Below, in pieces: positions 38,924 through 46,993 of a stretch of 64,000 nt of DNA. Below the pieces are notes generated by a model. The model was given only the letters and a program-made list of their open reading frames with translations. It searched no databases and was not told the DNA's origin. This DNA is from Hypericibacter sp. (GTDB taxonomy: Bacteria; Pseudomonadota; Alphaproteobacteria; Dongiales; Dongiaceae): the NCBI RefSeq assembly GCF_050729195.1, contig NZ_JBOHKS010000053.1, positions 6,128-70,127 of the forward strand, read 5' to 3'. A program made the position numbers and the translations under genes. The first letter of the stretch is position 1. Each line of letters opens with the position of its first letter.

Positions 38924-39604
38924 TTGTCTCAAAGACGCGACGCCCTGGCCTTCGATCTCGACGGCACGCTGATCGACAGCGCGCCGGACATCGCCATCGC
39001 CATGAACCGGCTCATGGCCGAGCTGGGACGGCCCGAGATCGAGCTCCCGGCCATACGCCGCATGATCGGCGACGGTGCCGGCACCCTGGTCGAGCGGGCC
39101 TTGACCGCGGCCTCGGTGCCGCATCGCGCCGAGGAGCTCGACATCTATCTCAAGCGCTTCCTGGCGCATTACGAGGCCGAGCCGGTTCGCCTGACGCGGC
39201 CTTATGCGGGTGTCCTGGAAACCCTGGCGGCCTTGCGCGCGGCGGGATATCGCTGCGCTGTCTGCACCAACAAGCCGCAGCGCCTGACCGACATTGTCAT
39301 CGAGGTGCTGGGCCTGGCTCCGTATTTCGGCGCCATCCTCGGCGCCGACGCGGTCAAGAACCGCAAACCCCACCCCGATCACCTGGCGGTGGCGCTGACC
39401 GCCATCGGCGCCACATCCGCCCAGGCCGTGATGATTGGCGACAGCGCCAATGACGTGGCCCCGGCCCGTGCCCTGGCCATGCCCTCGATCGTCATGGCCT
39501 ATGGCTATGGCCGCGCCCCCTTGAGCGAGCTCGGCGCCGATCTGATCCTAGACGATTTTGCGAAACTGCCCGACGCCTTGCGGAAGATCGACGCAGGTCT
39601 CTGA
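38924..39604 (+). CDS. gph: Phosphoglycolate phosphatase (HAD family)
   Basis: AFDLDGTLIDSAPDI, VCTNKP, RKPHPD, MIGDSANDV; TTG start. Confidence 0.88.
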   Translation: MSQRRDALAFDLDGTLIDSAPDIAIAMNRLMAELGRPEIELPAIRRMIGDGAGTLVERALTAASVPHRAEELDIYLKRFLAHYEAEPVRLTRPYAGVLETLAALRAAGYRCAVCTNKPQRLTDIVIEVLGLAPYFGAILGADAVKNRKPHPDHLAVALTAIGATSAQAVMIGDSANDVAPARALAMPSIVMAYGYGRAPLSELGADLILDDFAKLPDALRKIDAGL

Positions 39605-39621
39605 GTCCAAGGGACGCGCTG

Positions 39622-40416
39622 TTACGCCAGCCAGTCGGGAACGACCTCGACGAGCGGCTGCTCCGGATCGGCGGCGAGATCGTCCAGCAACGCGAATTCT
39701 TCCGGATTGACGACTCGCTTCGACGGCAGGGCTGCCCGCCACCCGTCCCATATCGACGTCTCCCGATCGTTCAGGACGTAATGGTCGCGGACGACGTTGA
39801 CTTTTACGAACCATGCGCCGGTGACCTCGCCATGACCGAAGCGATCAGGATCGGACTTGCCGCGGCGGCCGTCCAACCATGCCTGTCCCGCTGTCAGGAA
39901 GGACTGGCGCGGCACGTCCGTGGGATCGAATCCGATCCGGTATCTTGCCTTCAGCATCTCGTCGATTTGCGGATCGCTCAGGCGCCAGGTTTGCGCGCGG
40001 CTGTCCCAATATTCGCAAACCCAGTGATCTTCCCAGCCGCTGCCGAAATAGGCCGCGAATCCGCAACGCAGGCGCGCTGGAACGCCCTGGCTGCGAAGGA
40101 TGGAACAGAGCATGAGGGCGAAGTCCCGGCAGGTCCCAAGCGCCCGCTTCGAGGAGGGCCGCCGCGTTTCCAGCCCCTGCCCGTCCCTCTCAAGAATATC
40201 GGCCAGCCGGTCGGCGATCGGGAGCGTCGTGCGGGAGGTTGCGCTCAGGAGGCTCTCATCCAACCCGTAGTCGGTCAGCCAGTCCGAATGGACCAACACA
40301 CCTTGAATGATGCCGTTGAGAGCGCCGACGTCGGAGGGAAGACCGGCCATGGCGGCGGCATAGCCGACCGGATCGGACATGCCGCTATGGTCTATCCACT
40401 TCCGCAGCGTCTCCAT
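39622..40416 (-). CDS. Transglutaminase-like domain protein
   Basis: GTCRDFALMLCSILRSQGVPARLRCGFA (catalytic Cys) and EDHWVCEYWD (His); WRLSDPQ (Asp). Confidence 0.8.
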   Translation of the reverse strand: METLRKWIDHSGMSDPVGYAAAMAGLPSDVGALNGIIQGVLVHSDWLTDYGLDESLLSATSRTTLPIADRLADILERDGQGLETRRPSSKRALGTCRDFALMLCSILRSQGVPARLRCGFAAYFGSGWEDHWVCEYWDSRAQTWRLSDPQIDEMLKARYRIGFDPTDVPRQSFLTAGQAWLDGRRGKSDPDRFGHGEVTGAWFVKVNVVRDHYVLNDRETSIWDGWRAALPSKRVVNPEEFALLDDLAADPEQPLVEVVPDWLA

Positions 40417-40437
40417 GTCCCACCGCCGCTCACTTGT

Positions 40438-41265
40438 TCAAGGTGTGGCGCTGGCAACGGTGGTGGCCTGGACCAGCTCCACCCGCATCAGCCCCATATT
40501 GCTTTGCGCCAGGACGCGGACCGGCAGCAGCGGGACATCCTTGACCGCCTGCCCCAGCCAGAGATCGGTCTTGTTGGGATAGAAGCTCGAGCTGATCGCG
40601 TTCGGCTGGAAGCCCGCGATCAGCTTTGCCGTCGCGGCGCAATGAAGCGCCTGTCCCTGATAGGTGGAGAACAATGTCTTCTCTATCACGTCGGGCCCGA
40701 CCGAGGTGAAATCCAGATTGTAGCGGCGCGCGCCATCGAAGATCGGCAATGACATATCGCAGCCACCCGTGCGCAGCACCGTATCGACGATCGCGACCGC
40801 GGCACTCAGCGGATCCATCGTGTTGAAGCCCAGATTCTGCTCGCGTGCCACGCGGGCCTCGACGGTCGGGGGCTCGCTGTGGATGTCGACTTCGCCGTTT
40901 GGATGATAGGCCAGCGCCATGGTCTCATGCATGCCCATGAGATCCATCTGGCTCTGGTAGGTCGACGGCCGAACGCTCTTGCTGTTGGCGCCGCCATGGG
41001 CCTGACCCTGCCATTGGAACGCGACCATCTTCGCATAGACGGGCGAGAGGGTGATGTTGGCCGTGATGTCGTAATCCTTGGCGGGCCTTGGGCCCGGCGC
41101 CATCTCGATCATCAGGTCGATCTGGCCGACCTGGAGCGTGCCCAGATAGCCGTAATAACTGAGCCGGACCAGCCGGCTCTCCTCGGCCTGTGCGGGCGGG
41201 ACCAATCCCGAAAGGACGAGGCCGAAGGCCAGGCCGGTCAGCAGGGGCATCAGGCGGCGAATCAT
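40438..41265 (-). CDS. Exported protein, DUF3108-like
   Basis: Signal peptide; DPLSA, IFDGARRY, W..VPVR beta-rich motifs. Confidence 0.65.
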   Translation of the reverse strand: MIRRLMPLLTGLAFGLVLSGLVPPAQAEESRLVRLSYYGYLGTLQVGQIDLMIEMAPGPRPAKDYDITANITLSPVYAKMVAFQWQGQAHGGANSKSVRPSTYQSQMDLMGMHETMALAYHPNGEVDIHSEPPTVEARVAREQNLGFNTMDPLSAAVAIVDTVLRTGGCDMSLPIFDGARRYNLDFTSVGPDVIEKTLFSTYQGQALHCAATAKLIAGFQPNAISSSFYPNKTDLWLGQAVKDVPLLPVRVLAQSNMGLMRVELVQATTVASATP

Positions 41266-41312
41266 CGGAAAGCCTCTCGAGCCGTTGGTCCCTTGGGATC
41301 GACCTTCCAGGG

Positions 41313-41327
41313 TTAAACCGCAATTAC
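41313..41327. promoter_or_regulatory. Candidate CtrA box (TTAA-N7-TTAC)
   Basis: TTAAACCGCAATTAC; minus strand GTAA-N7-TTAACC, one mismatch to TTAA-N7-TTAA, 48 bp upstream of the DUF3108-like gene. Confidence 0.4.
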
Positions 41328-41431
41328 GGAAAGATCGGGGCAGATTATAACCACAGTCCGTCCGGCAAAGGGGCCCGAGGCGGGCCCAAGGCCTTTCGCT
41401 CGAAGGGTTTTTTGCCGGACTCCCGGTCCGG

Positions 41432-41461
41432 TTGACAGGGCACGCCGGCTTGGCTTAAAGC
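41432..41461 (+). promoter_or_regulatory. Probable sigma70 promoter of tRNA-Val
   Basis: TTGACA at 41432-41437 with TTAAAG/TAAAGC 17-18 nt downstream, ~60 nt before the tRNA. Confidence 0.55.
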
Positions 41462-41521
41462 TGCCCGCCTTCACGAGCCGGGGACGGCCTTGTCCCGGGT
41501 TCCATTTTCCGCATCTGGGAC

Positions 41522-41596
41522 GGGCGCGTAGCTCAGCGGGAGAGCACTGCCTTCACACGGCAGGGGTCACAGGTTCAATCCCTGTCGCGCCCACCA
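41522..41596 (+). tRNA. tRNA-Val (anticodon CAC)
   Basis: Acceptor GGGCGCG/CGCGCCC-A-CCA, D-arm AGCTCAGCGGGAGAGC, anticodon stem CTGCC/GGCAG with loop TT-CAC-AC, T-loop GGTTCAATCC; 75 nt, encoded CCA. Confidence 0.97.
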
Positions 41597-41796
41597 TTTC
41601 CCCGTTCCGATTCTCATGATCCCTGTATCACGGGGCCATCGACCGTGGCTGCGTCGTCGATACTGACATCCATATTTAATTTGCCCTTTCGGGTCGTCGC
41701 GACGTCGCATGGCCCCTTCCAATGACAAGCGTCGGATCCAAGCGCTGAGGGATTCTGAACGATAACGTCGCCGACCTGTCCCCAACGGAGGCCAAC

Positions 41797-42372
41797 ATGC
41801 GCCTGAAGCTCCTTTCCCCTTCTGCCCTCAGCGCCGAACAGCGTCCGCTCTATGACGATATGCGCAAGGGCATCGAAACCAATTTCAAAGGATTCACGGC
41901 CATCGGCGATGGCGGCGAGCTGATCGGGCCCTGGAATCCCTGGCTGCATTTTCCGAAGTTCGGAAAGCCGGTCTGGGAGCTGGTCAAGGCGCTCTCGACC
42001 TCGCCGTCATTGCCGCGGCCCGTGCGCGAGGTCGCGATCCTCGTCACTGGTGCCAAATTCAAATCGGCCTATGAGATCTATGCCCATGTGCTGGTGGCCG
42101 AGCTGCGCGGCATCGCGGACGAGAAGATCGCGACCATCATCGCCGGACAGCGACCGGTCGATCTGACGCGCGAGGAAACCGTGGCCTATGACATGGCCTC
42201 GGCCTTGGTCTCCGGCGGCGTGCTGCCGCAGCTCACCTATCAGCAGGCCGTGGCGCTCTTCGGCGAGGGCGGGACGGCGGAGCTGATCAGCCTCGTCGGG
42301 CTCTATTGCATGGTCTCGGTCACGTTGAACGGTTATGGCGTGCCGGTGCCCGAGCCTGCCGGGTCCAAATGA
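41797..42372 (+). CDS. Carboxymuconolactone decarboxylase/AhpD-like protein
   Basis: LIGPWNPWL, REVAILVTG...YEIYAH, ELISLVGLY; GGAGG RBS. Confidence 0.8.
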   Translation: MRLKLLSPSALSAEQRPLYDDMRKGIETNFKGFTAIGDGGELIGPWNPWLHFPKFGKPVWELVKALSTSPSLPRPVREVAILVTGAKFKSAYEIYAHVLVAELRGIADEKIATIIAGQRPVDLTREETVAYDMASALVSGGVLPQLTYQQAVALFGEGGTAELISLVGLYCMVSVTLNGYGVPVPEPAGSK

Positions 42373-43382
42373 TCGCCGCTTCCGGTTCCCTTGTTGGCGA
42401 TCCGCGCCCGCATCACGGTCAGCCGGCGCCGGAGATCGGGCGCCTCGACAATGACGACCAGGAGCAGCAGGCCGCCGCGGACAAGATTGATCACATAGGC
42501 CGGGGTGGCAAGGATCGCGAACAGCGTCTCGAGGAAGCTGAGCGCCAGGACCCCCATCAAAATGCCGGCAGCACTTCCACGGCCGCCTGAGAGCGAGGTG
42601 CCACCGAGCAGCACGGCCGTGACGGCAAAAATGAAGGGGGCCGAGCCCAGGTCGGGCTTCGCCGCCGTGGTGCTGTAGGCGAACAGAGCCCCGCCGAGTG
42701 CCGAGAAGGCGCTCGAGCAGGTGAAGACGCCGATCAGGATGCGATCCGTCGGGACACCGGCGGCGCGGCTCGCTCTACGATCGCCGCCCAGCGCCCGGAC
42801 GTCGCGGCCGAGACGGGTCCATCGCATCGCCGCCCAGACGATCCCGAAAACGGCGATGACCACGAGCGAACGCGGCGAAAAGATCGTCGCGATATCGGCG
42901 TCGAGCCAGGTGCCGACATCGTAATTGCCATAGGGCAGCGTCTTCTCGTCGGTGACGATGTGACAAAGACCGAGCAGGCTGATATAGCCGCCCAGCGTCA
43001 GCGGCACCGAGCTGATGCCGGATTTCGCGACGATCGCGCCCTGAAAGAAACCGAACAGGATACCGGCAAGCACCGCCACGCCGACGCCGAGCAAAGGCGC
43101 CGTCTCGCCGAACTTGACGGCCAGGATTCCGCCCAGCGCATACATCCCCAGCGTGGAGAGGTCGAACTCGCCGATGATGATGGTCAGCCCGACCGCCAGC
43201 GCCAGCAGGCCCAGCGTCGCCAGGTTCTGGAACGAATTGTAGACGCCGAACACCGTCATGCTGGCGTCGGAATAGAGCGGCAACGCCAGCATGCCGGCAA
43301 TGACGACCGCGAGGATCGCCGACGGCAGGAAGGTCCGGAGAATCCGCTGCCGGTGGCTGGCGGCGCGCCAGGGGTTGCTCAT
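42333..43382 (-). CDS. Sugar-type (RbsC-like) ABC permease 2
   Basis: GLTIIIGEFDLS, TRLGRDVRALGG...AGV, AVTAVLLGGTSLSGGRGS; true start MSNPWRA within ORF 42333..44735. Confidence 0.88.
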   Translation of the reverse strand: MSNPWRAASHRQRILRTFLPSAILAVVIAGMLALPLYSDASMTVFGVYNSFQNLATLGLLALAVGLTIIIGEFDLSTLGMYALGGILAVKFGETAPLLGVGVAVLAGILFGFFQGAIVAKSGISSVPLTLGGYISLLGLCHIVTDEKTLPYGNYDVGTWLDADIATIFSPRSLVVIAVFGIVWAAMRWTRLGRDVRALGGDRRASRAAGVPTDRILIGVFTCSSAFSALGGALFAYSTTAAKPDLGSAPFIFAVTAVLLGGTSLSGGRGSAAGILMGVLALSFLETLFAILATPAYVINLVRGGLLLLVVIVEAPDLRRRLTVMRARIANKGTGSGDHLDPAGSGTGTP

Positions 43383-44359
43383 CGCCGACGCTCCTTGGAT
43401 CGCAGATGGATCGCCAGGACGAAGACCATCATCACGATCCCCTTGAGGAGGATCTGCGTGCCGGTGCTGTAGCCCCGCAGCAGCACGAGATCGGTCGCGA
43501 AGGCGATGACGATGACGCCGCCCAGCGTACGCCAGGCGGCACCGCGTCCGCCGGCGATCGCGGCCCCGCCGATGAGCGTCGCCGCGATGGCGTCGTAATT
43601 GAGCGTGCCGCGATTGAGGAGCAGCGAGGCGCCGTGATTGAAGGCGGCGAGCAGGATTCCGGTACAGGCCGCAGCGACGCCGGCGATGCAGAAGACGCTG
43701 GCCCCGATCTTGCCCATCGGCAGGGCAGCCGCGCGGGCCGCCGCCCGGCTCTCGCCCAGCATGTAGATTTCGCGGCCGAGGCGCGTATAGCGCAGAATGA
43801 GCTCGACCAGGATCACGAGCACCAGCAACGCGTAGAACCCCAGCGGCAGCCCAAGCGGCGTGATGTTGAGGAAGGTATAGCTGTCGGAGGGCGGCGAGAT
43901 CGTCGTCCCGCCCGAGATCGCCACGCTGAGGCCCTCCTGGATCGAGCCTGCGGCGATGGTCACGATGATCGGGTTCGCGTCCCAGGCCCCGATCGCCAAT
44001 CCCTGGAACAGGCCGAGAAGCGCGCCCAGGGCGATCGTCGACAGGATGGCGGGGACGACTCCGAATTGGAGGGCGAAGACGAAGAACATGGCCGTCACGG
44101 TGGCCGTCGTCGCCAGCGACATCGAGACGAAGGCACCGCTGATCATGATCAACGTCATGCCGACGGCGACGAGCCCGACGAAGGTCGTGGAGGCCAGCAC
44201 CGCCTGGAAATTCGCGATGGTGAAGAATCCCGGCGTCGCCGCCGCGCCGACGACGATGAGCAGCAGCGCCAGGATGCCCGAGAGCTGCAAGAGCTTCAGC
44301 GTCCAGCGCCGCCCCTTGGTGCCTTCGGATGGCTTGGATCTGATGGCCGCTTCGGTCAT
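43379..44359 (-). CDS. Sugar-type (RbsC-like) ABC permease 1
   Basis: AVGMTLIMISG, TRLGREIYMLGE, IAATLIGGAAIAGGRG. Confidence 0.88.
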   Translation of the reverse strand: MTEAAIRSKPSEGTKGRRWTLKLLQLSGILALLLIVVGAAATPGFFTIANFQAVLASTTFVGLVAVGMTLIMISGAFVSMSLATTATVTAMFFVFALQFGVVPAILSTIALGALLGLFQGLAIGAWDANPIIVTIAAGSIQEGLSVAISGGTTISPPSDSYTFLNITPLGLPLGFYALLVLVILVELILRYTRLGREIYMLGESRAAARAAALPMGKIGASVFCIAGVAAACTGILLAAFNHGASLLLNRGTLNYDAIAATLIGGAAIAGGRGAAWRTLGGVIVIAFATDLVLLRGYSTGTQILLKGIVMMVFVLAIHLRSKERRR

Positions 44360-44362
44360 CGC

Positions 44363-45901
44363 CTAGGCGGCCCCTTCGAGCGCCGAATGGGTCATGTCGG
44401 CCAGCACCGATGCGGCATCGACCTCGGTCCGCGGGCGCTCGCTGACGACCACACCGCCGCGCATGGCGATGACGATGTCGGCCAGATGCAGGATCTCGTC
44501 GAGCTCGGTCGAGGCGAACACCACCACGGCGCCCTCGTTGGCGACGCCGCGAATGAGGGCATGGATCTCCGCCCGCCCCCGCACATCGACGCCGCGGGTC
44601 GGCTCGTCCAGCAACAGGACCTTCGTGTCGGATCGCTGCAGGCAGCGCCCCAGCAGCACCTTCTGCTGATTGCCGCCGCTCAGTCGCAAGACCGCCTCGG
44701 GCAGGCGGTCCGGCTTGATGCCGACCGCCTTGCAAAGGGCGACCGCGATGTTCCGCAGCGCCCCCAGGCGCAACACGCCCCCGACGCTGAAGGCGCTCAG
44801 CCGCGTCGCGGTCAAATTCGCCTGTATGGATTGGCCGAGAAACAGCCCCTCGCCCTTGCGGTCGCCCGACACATAGGCGATCCCCGCGTCGCTGGCCGCC
44901 CGGGGCGAGCCCAGCGGTATCGGGCGCCCTTCGAGCTGCACGAGGCCGCGTGCGTCGGGCGAAAGTCCCGAGATCGCCCGCACCACATCGCTGGTTCCGG
45001 AGCCGACCTGCCCGGCCAACCCATAAATCCTCCCGCGCTCGGCTGCCAGATTGACGCCGCGGGTCCGGGCACCCGCCGACAGATTCTGCACCTTGAGCGC
45101 GATCTCGGTCCGGCGATCCCGGTCGATACGGGGCGCCGGCGTCTCGGGGACGTCGCCCAGCATCATGGTCACCAGATCCTTGCCGCTGATGGCATTGGTC
45201 GCCACCGTGTCGACGCGCTGGCCGTCGCGCATCACCGTGACCCGGTCGCAGAGCTCCATGACCTCGTCCAGGCGATGCGACACATAGATCACGCCGCAGC
45301 CGGCCGCGGTGACCTTCCGGATGGCCGCGAACACATGCTCGATATCGACGCTGCTGAGCGTGGCGGTGGGTTCATCGAGGATGAACAGCCTGGCTTCGCG
45401 ACCCAGCGCGCGGGCGATCTCGACGAGCTGGCGCTGACCGATCGACAGGTCCTCGACATAGGCATCGGGATCGAGACTGCCCAGCCCGACCGCATCGAGC
45501 AAAAGGCGCGCGCGGGCCTTGCTGTCGCGATGGCTGCGGAAGAATGGTTCGGCCACGTTCCCGAGAAACAGGTTGTCGAGAACGGGCAAGGTCGGGACGA
45601 CGCTCAGCTCCTGATCGACCAGGGCGACACCCCGGGTCTGGGCATCGCGGGCGGACGCGAGTTTTGCCTCGCGTCCGCCCAGCATGATGCGGCCCTCATC
45701 CGGCTGGAGCAAGCCGGCCAGCATCTTGACCACCGTGCTCTTGCCGGCGCCGTTATGGCCGCAAAGGCCATGCACCTCGCCGGCACGCACCTCGAAGGAG
45801 ACGTTGTCCACGGCGCGGATCGCACCGAAACTCCGCGACACACCGTCGATCGTCAGCAGCACCGGCTCCTTGTCGGCGATGACGGCGTTCTCCTTCGTCA
45901 A
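44363..45901 (-). CDS. Sugar-type (RbsA-like) tandem-domain ABC ATPase
   Basis: GHNGAGKST, LSIGQRQLVEIA, ILDEPT, second domain LSGGNQQKV, LLDEPTRGVDV. Confidence 0.93.
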   Translation of the reverse strand: MTKENAVIADKEPVLLTIDGVSRSFGAIRAVDNVSFEVRAGEVHGLCGHNGAGKSTVVKMLAGLLQPDEGRIMLGGREAKLASARDAQTRGVALVDQELSVVPTLPVLDNLFLGNVAEPFFRSHRDSKARARLLLDAVGLGSLDPDAYVEDLSIGQRQLVEIARALGREARLFILDEPTATLSSVDIEHVFAAIRKVTAAGCGVIYVSHRLDEVMELCDRVTVMRDGQRVDTVATNAISGKDLVTMMLGDVPETPAPRIDRDRRTEIALKVQNLSAGARTRGVNLAAERGRIYGLAGQVGSGTSDVVRAISGLSPDARGLVQLEGRPIPLGSPRAASDAGIAYVSGDRKGEGLFLGQSIQANLTATRLSAFSVGGVLRLGALRNIAVALCKAVGIKPDRLPEAVLRLSGGNQQKVLLGRCLQRSDTKVLLLDEPTRGVDVRGRAEIHALIRGVANEGAVVVFASTELDEILHLADIVIAMRGGVVVSERPRTEVDAASVLADMTHSALEGAA

Positions 45902-45904
45902 GGG

Positions 45905-46912
45905 TCAGGACTTCGAGCAGAGTTCGGCGTACTTATCCAAGGTCGGCGCATGGACGCGAAATTCCGGCACGATCACCGTCTTCGGCACCGTTTCGCCCTT
46001 CAGGAAGGCAATCGCCGTCTCGGCCGTGACATTGCCCTGGGTCCAGGCGTCCTCGGTCGCCGTGCCATACATGTCGCCCGCCTTGATCGCCTGGATGCCT
46101 TCCGCCGTGCAGTTCGTGCCCGTCACGATCAGCCCGTCATTCTTCACACCGACCTTCATGCCGGCCTGCTTGGCGGCTTCGATGATCGGGATCGCCATAT
46201 AGTCGGCATCGGCCCGGACCGCGTCGACGCCGCCTTGCGAATTGTACTTCGCGAAGAGCTGCTGGGCGATCTTGCCGCTCTGGACCGGATCCCAGTTCGA
46301 ATCCTGGACGTCGATGATCTTATATTCCGGCGCCGTCGCCATGACCTCTTCGAAACCCTTCTGGCGGTCCTGCACCATGGTCGAGCCGGCGGTGCCGGTG
46401 ATGACGATGACATTGGCGGATTTGAGGCCCCGTTCCCGGAGCCCGTCGATGATGTTCTGCGCGGCGAAGCGGCCGAGCGCGGCATTGTCCGCGATCACCT
46501 GCACGGCGATGTCGTCGAGGATCGAGGGATCGGCGGGGCTGTCCATATAGAGGACCGGGACGCCCGCCGCTCTCGCCTTCTTCACCGACGCGATCAGCGT
46601 CTTGTCGTCGGCGGGCTCGACCATGAGCAAGTCCGGCTTCTGCGAAATGGCCTGGTTCATCTGCTGAACCTCCTGGACCGGATCGAGATCGCTTTCCAGG
46701 ACGCTGACCTTGACGCCGGCGGCTTCCAGACCGGCGACGATCCGCTCATTGAAGACTTTGCACCAGGGGTTGGCCGGGCCGCAGGTAACCAGGATGACTT
46801 TCTTGGTCGACAGGTCCGCGGCCTGGGCGATCCCGCAGAAAGCCGGGGCCGCCAGGAAGAGAGCCAATCCGTAGCGAAGGAAACTGGATCTGATATGCGC
46901 CCTTGTAAGCAT
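45905..46912 (-). CDS. Sugar-type (RbsB-like) periplasmic binding protein
   Basis: Signal peptide; NPWC, ADNAALGRFAA, DRQKGF, SNWD, periplasmic binding protein type 1 pattern. Confidence 0.85.
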   Translation of the reverse strand: MLTRAHIRSSFLRYGLALFLAAPAFCGIAQAADLSTKKVILVTCGPANPWCKVFNERIVAGLEAAGVKVSVLESDLDPVQEVQQMNQAISQKPDLLMVEPADDKTLIASVKKARAAGVPVLYMDSPADPSILDDIAVQVIADNAALGRFAAQNIIDGLRERGLKSANVIVITGTAGSTMVQDRQKGFEEVMATAPEYKIIDVQDSNWDPVQSGKIAQQLFAKYNSQGGVDAVRADADYMAIPIIEAAKQAGMKVGVKNDGLIVTGTNCTAEGIQAIKAGDMYGTATEDAWTQGNVTAETAIAFLKGETVPKTVIVPEFRVHAPTLDKYAELCSKS

Positions 46913-46993
46913 CTCGATGTCCCTTAGAAGAGTTTAGCGCCGAGCAGGGCGCCTGCTGTCATTCACGCACTGGCGAGCCAATGGTGTCGTCGA

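Noticed and set aside
43406-46927. 1173-aa plus-strand ORF and other very long antisense ORFs (e.g. 4259-5998, 23265-25394, 32798-34822, 49185-50996)
   Set aside because: Exactly antisense to well-supported genes; no family motifs; expected shadow ORFs in GC-rich DNA.
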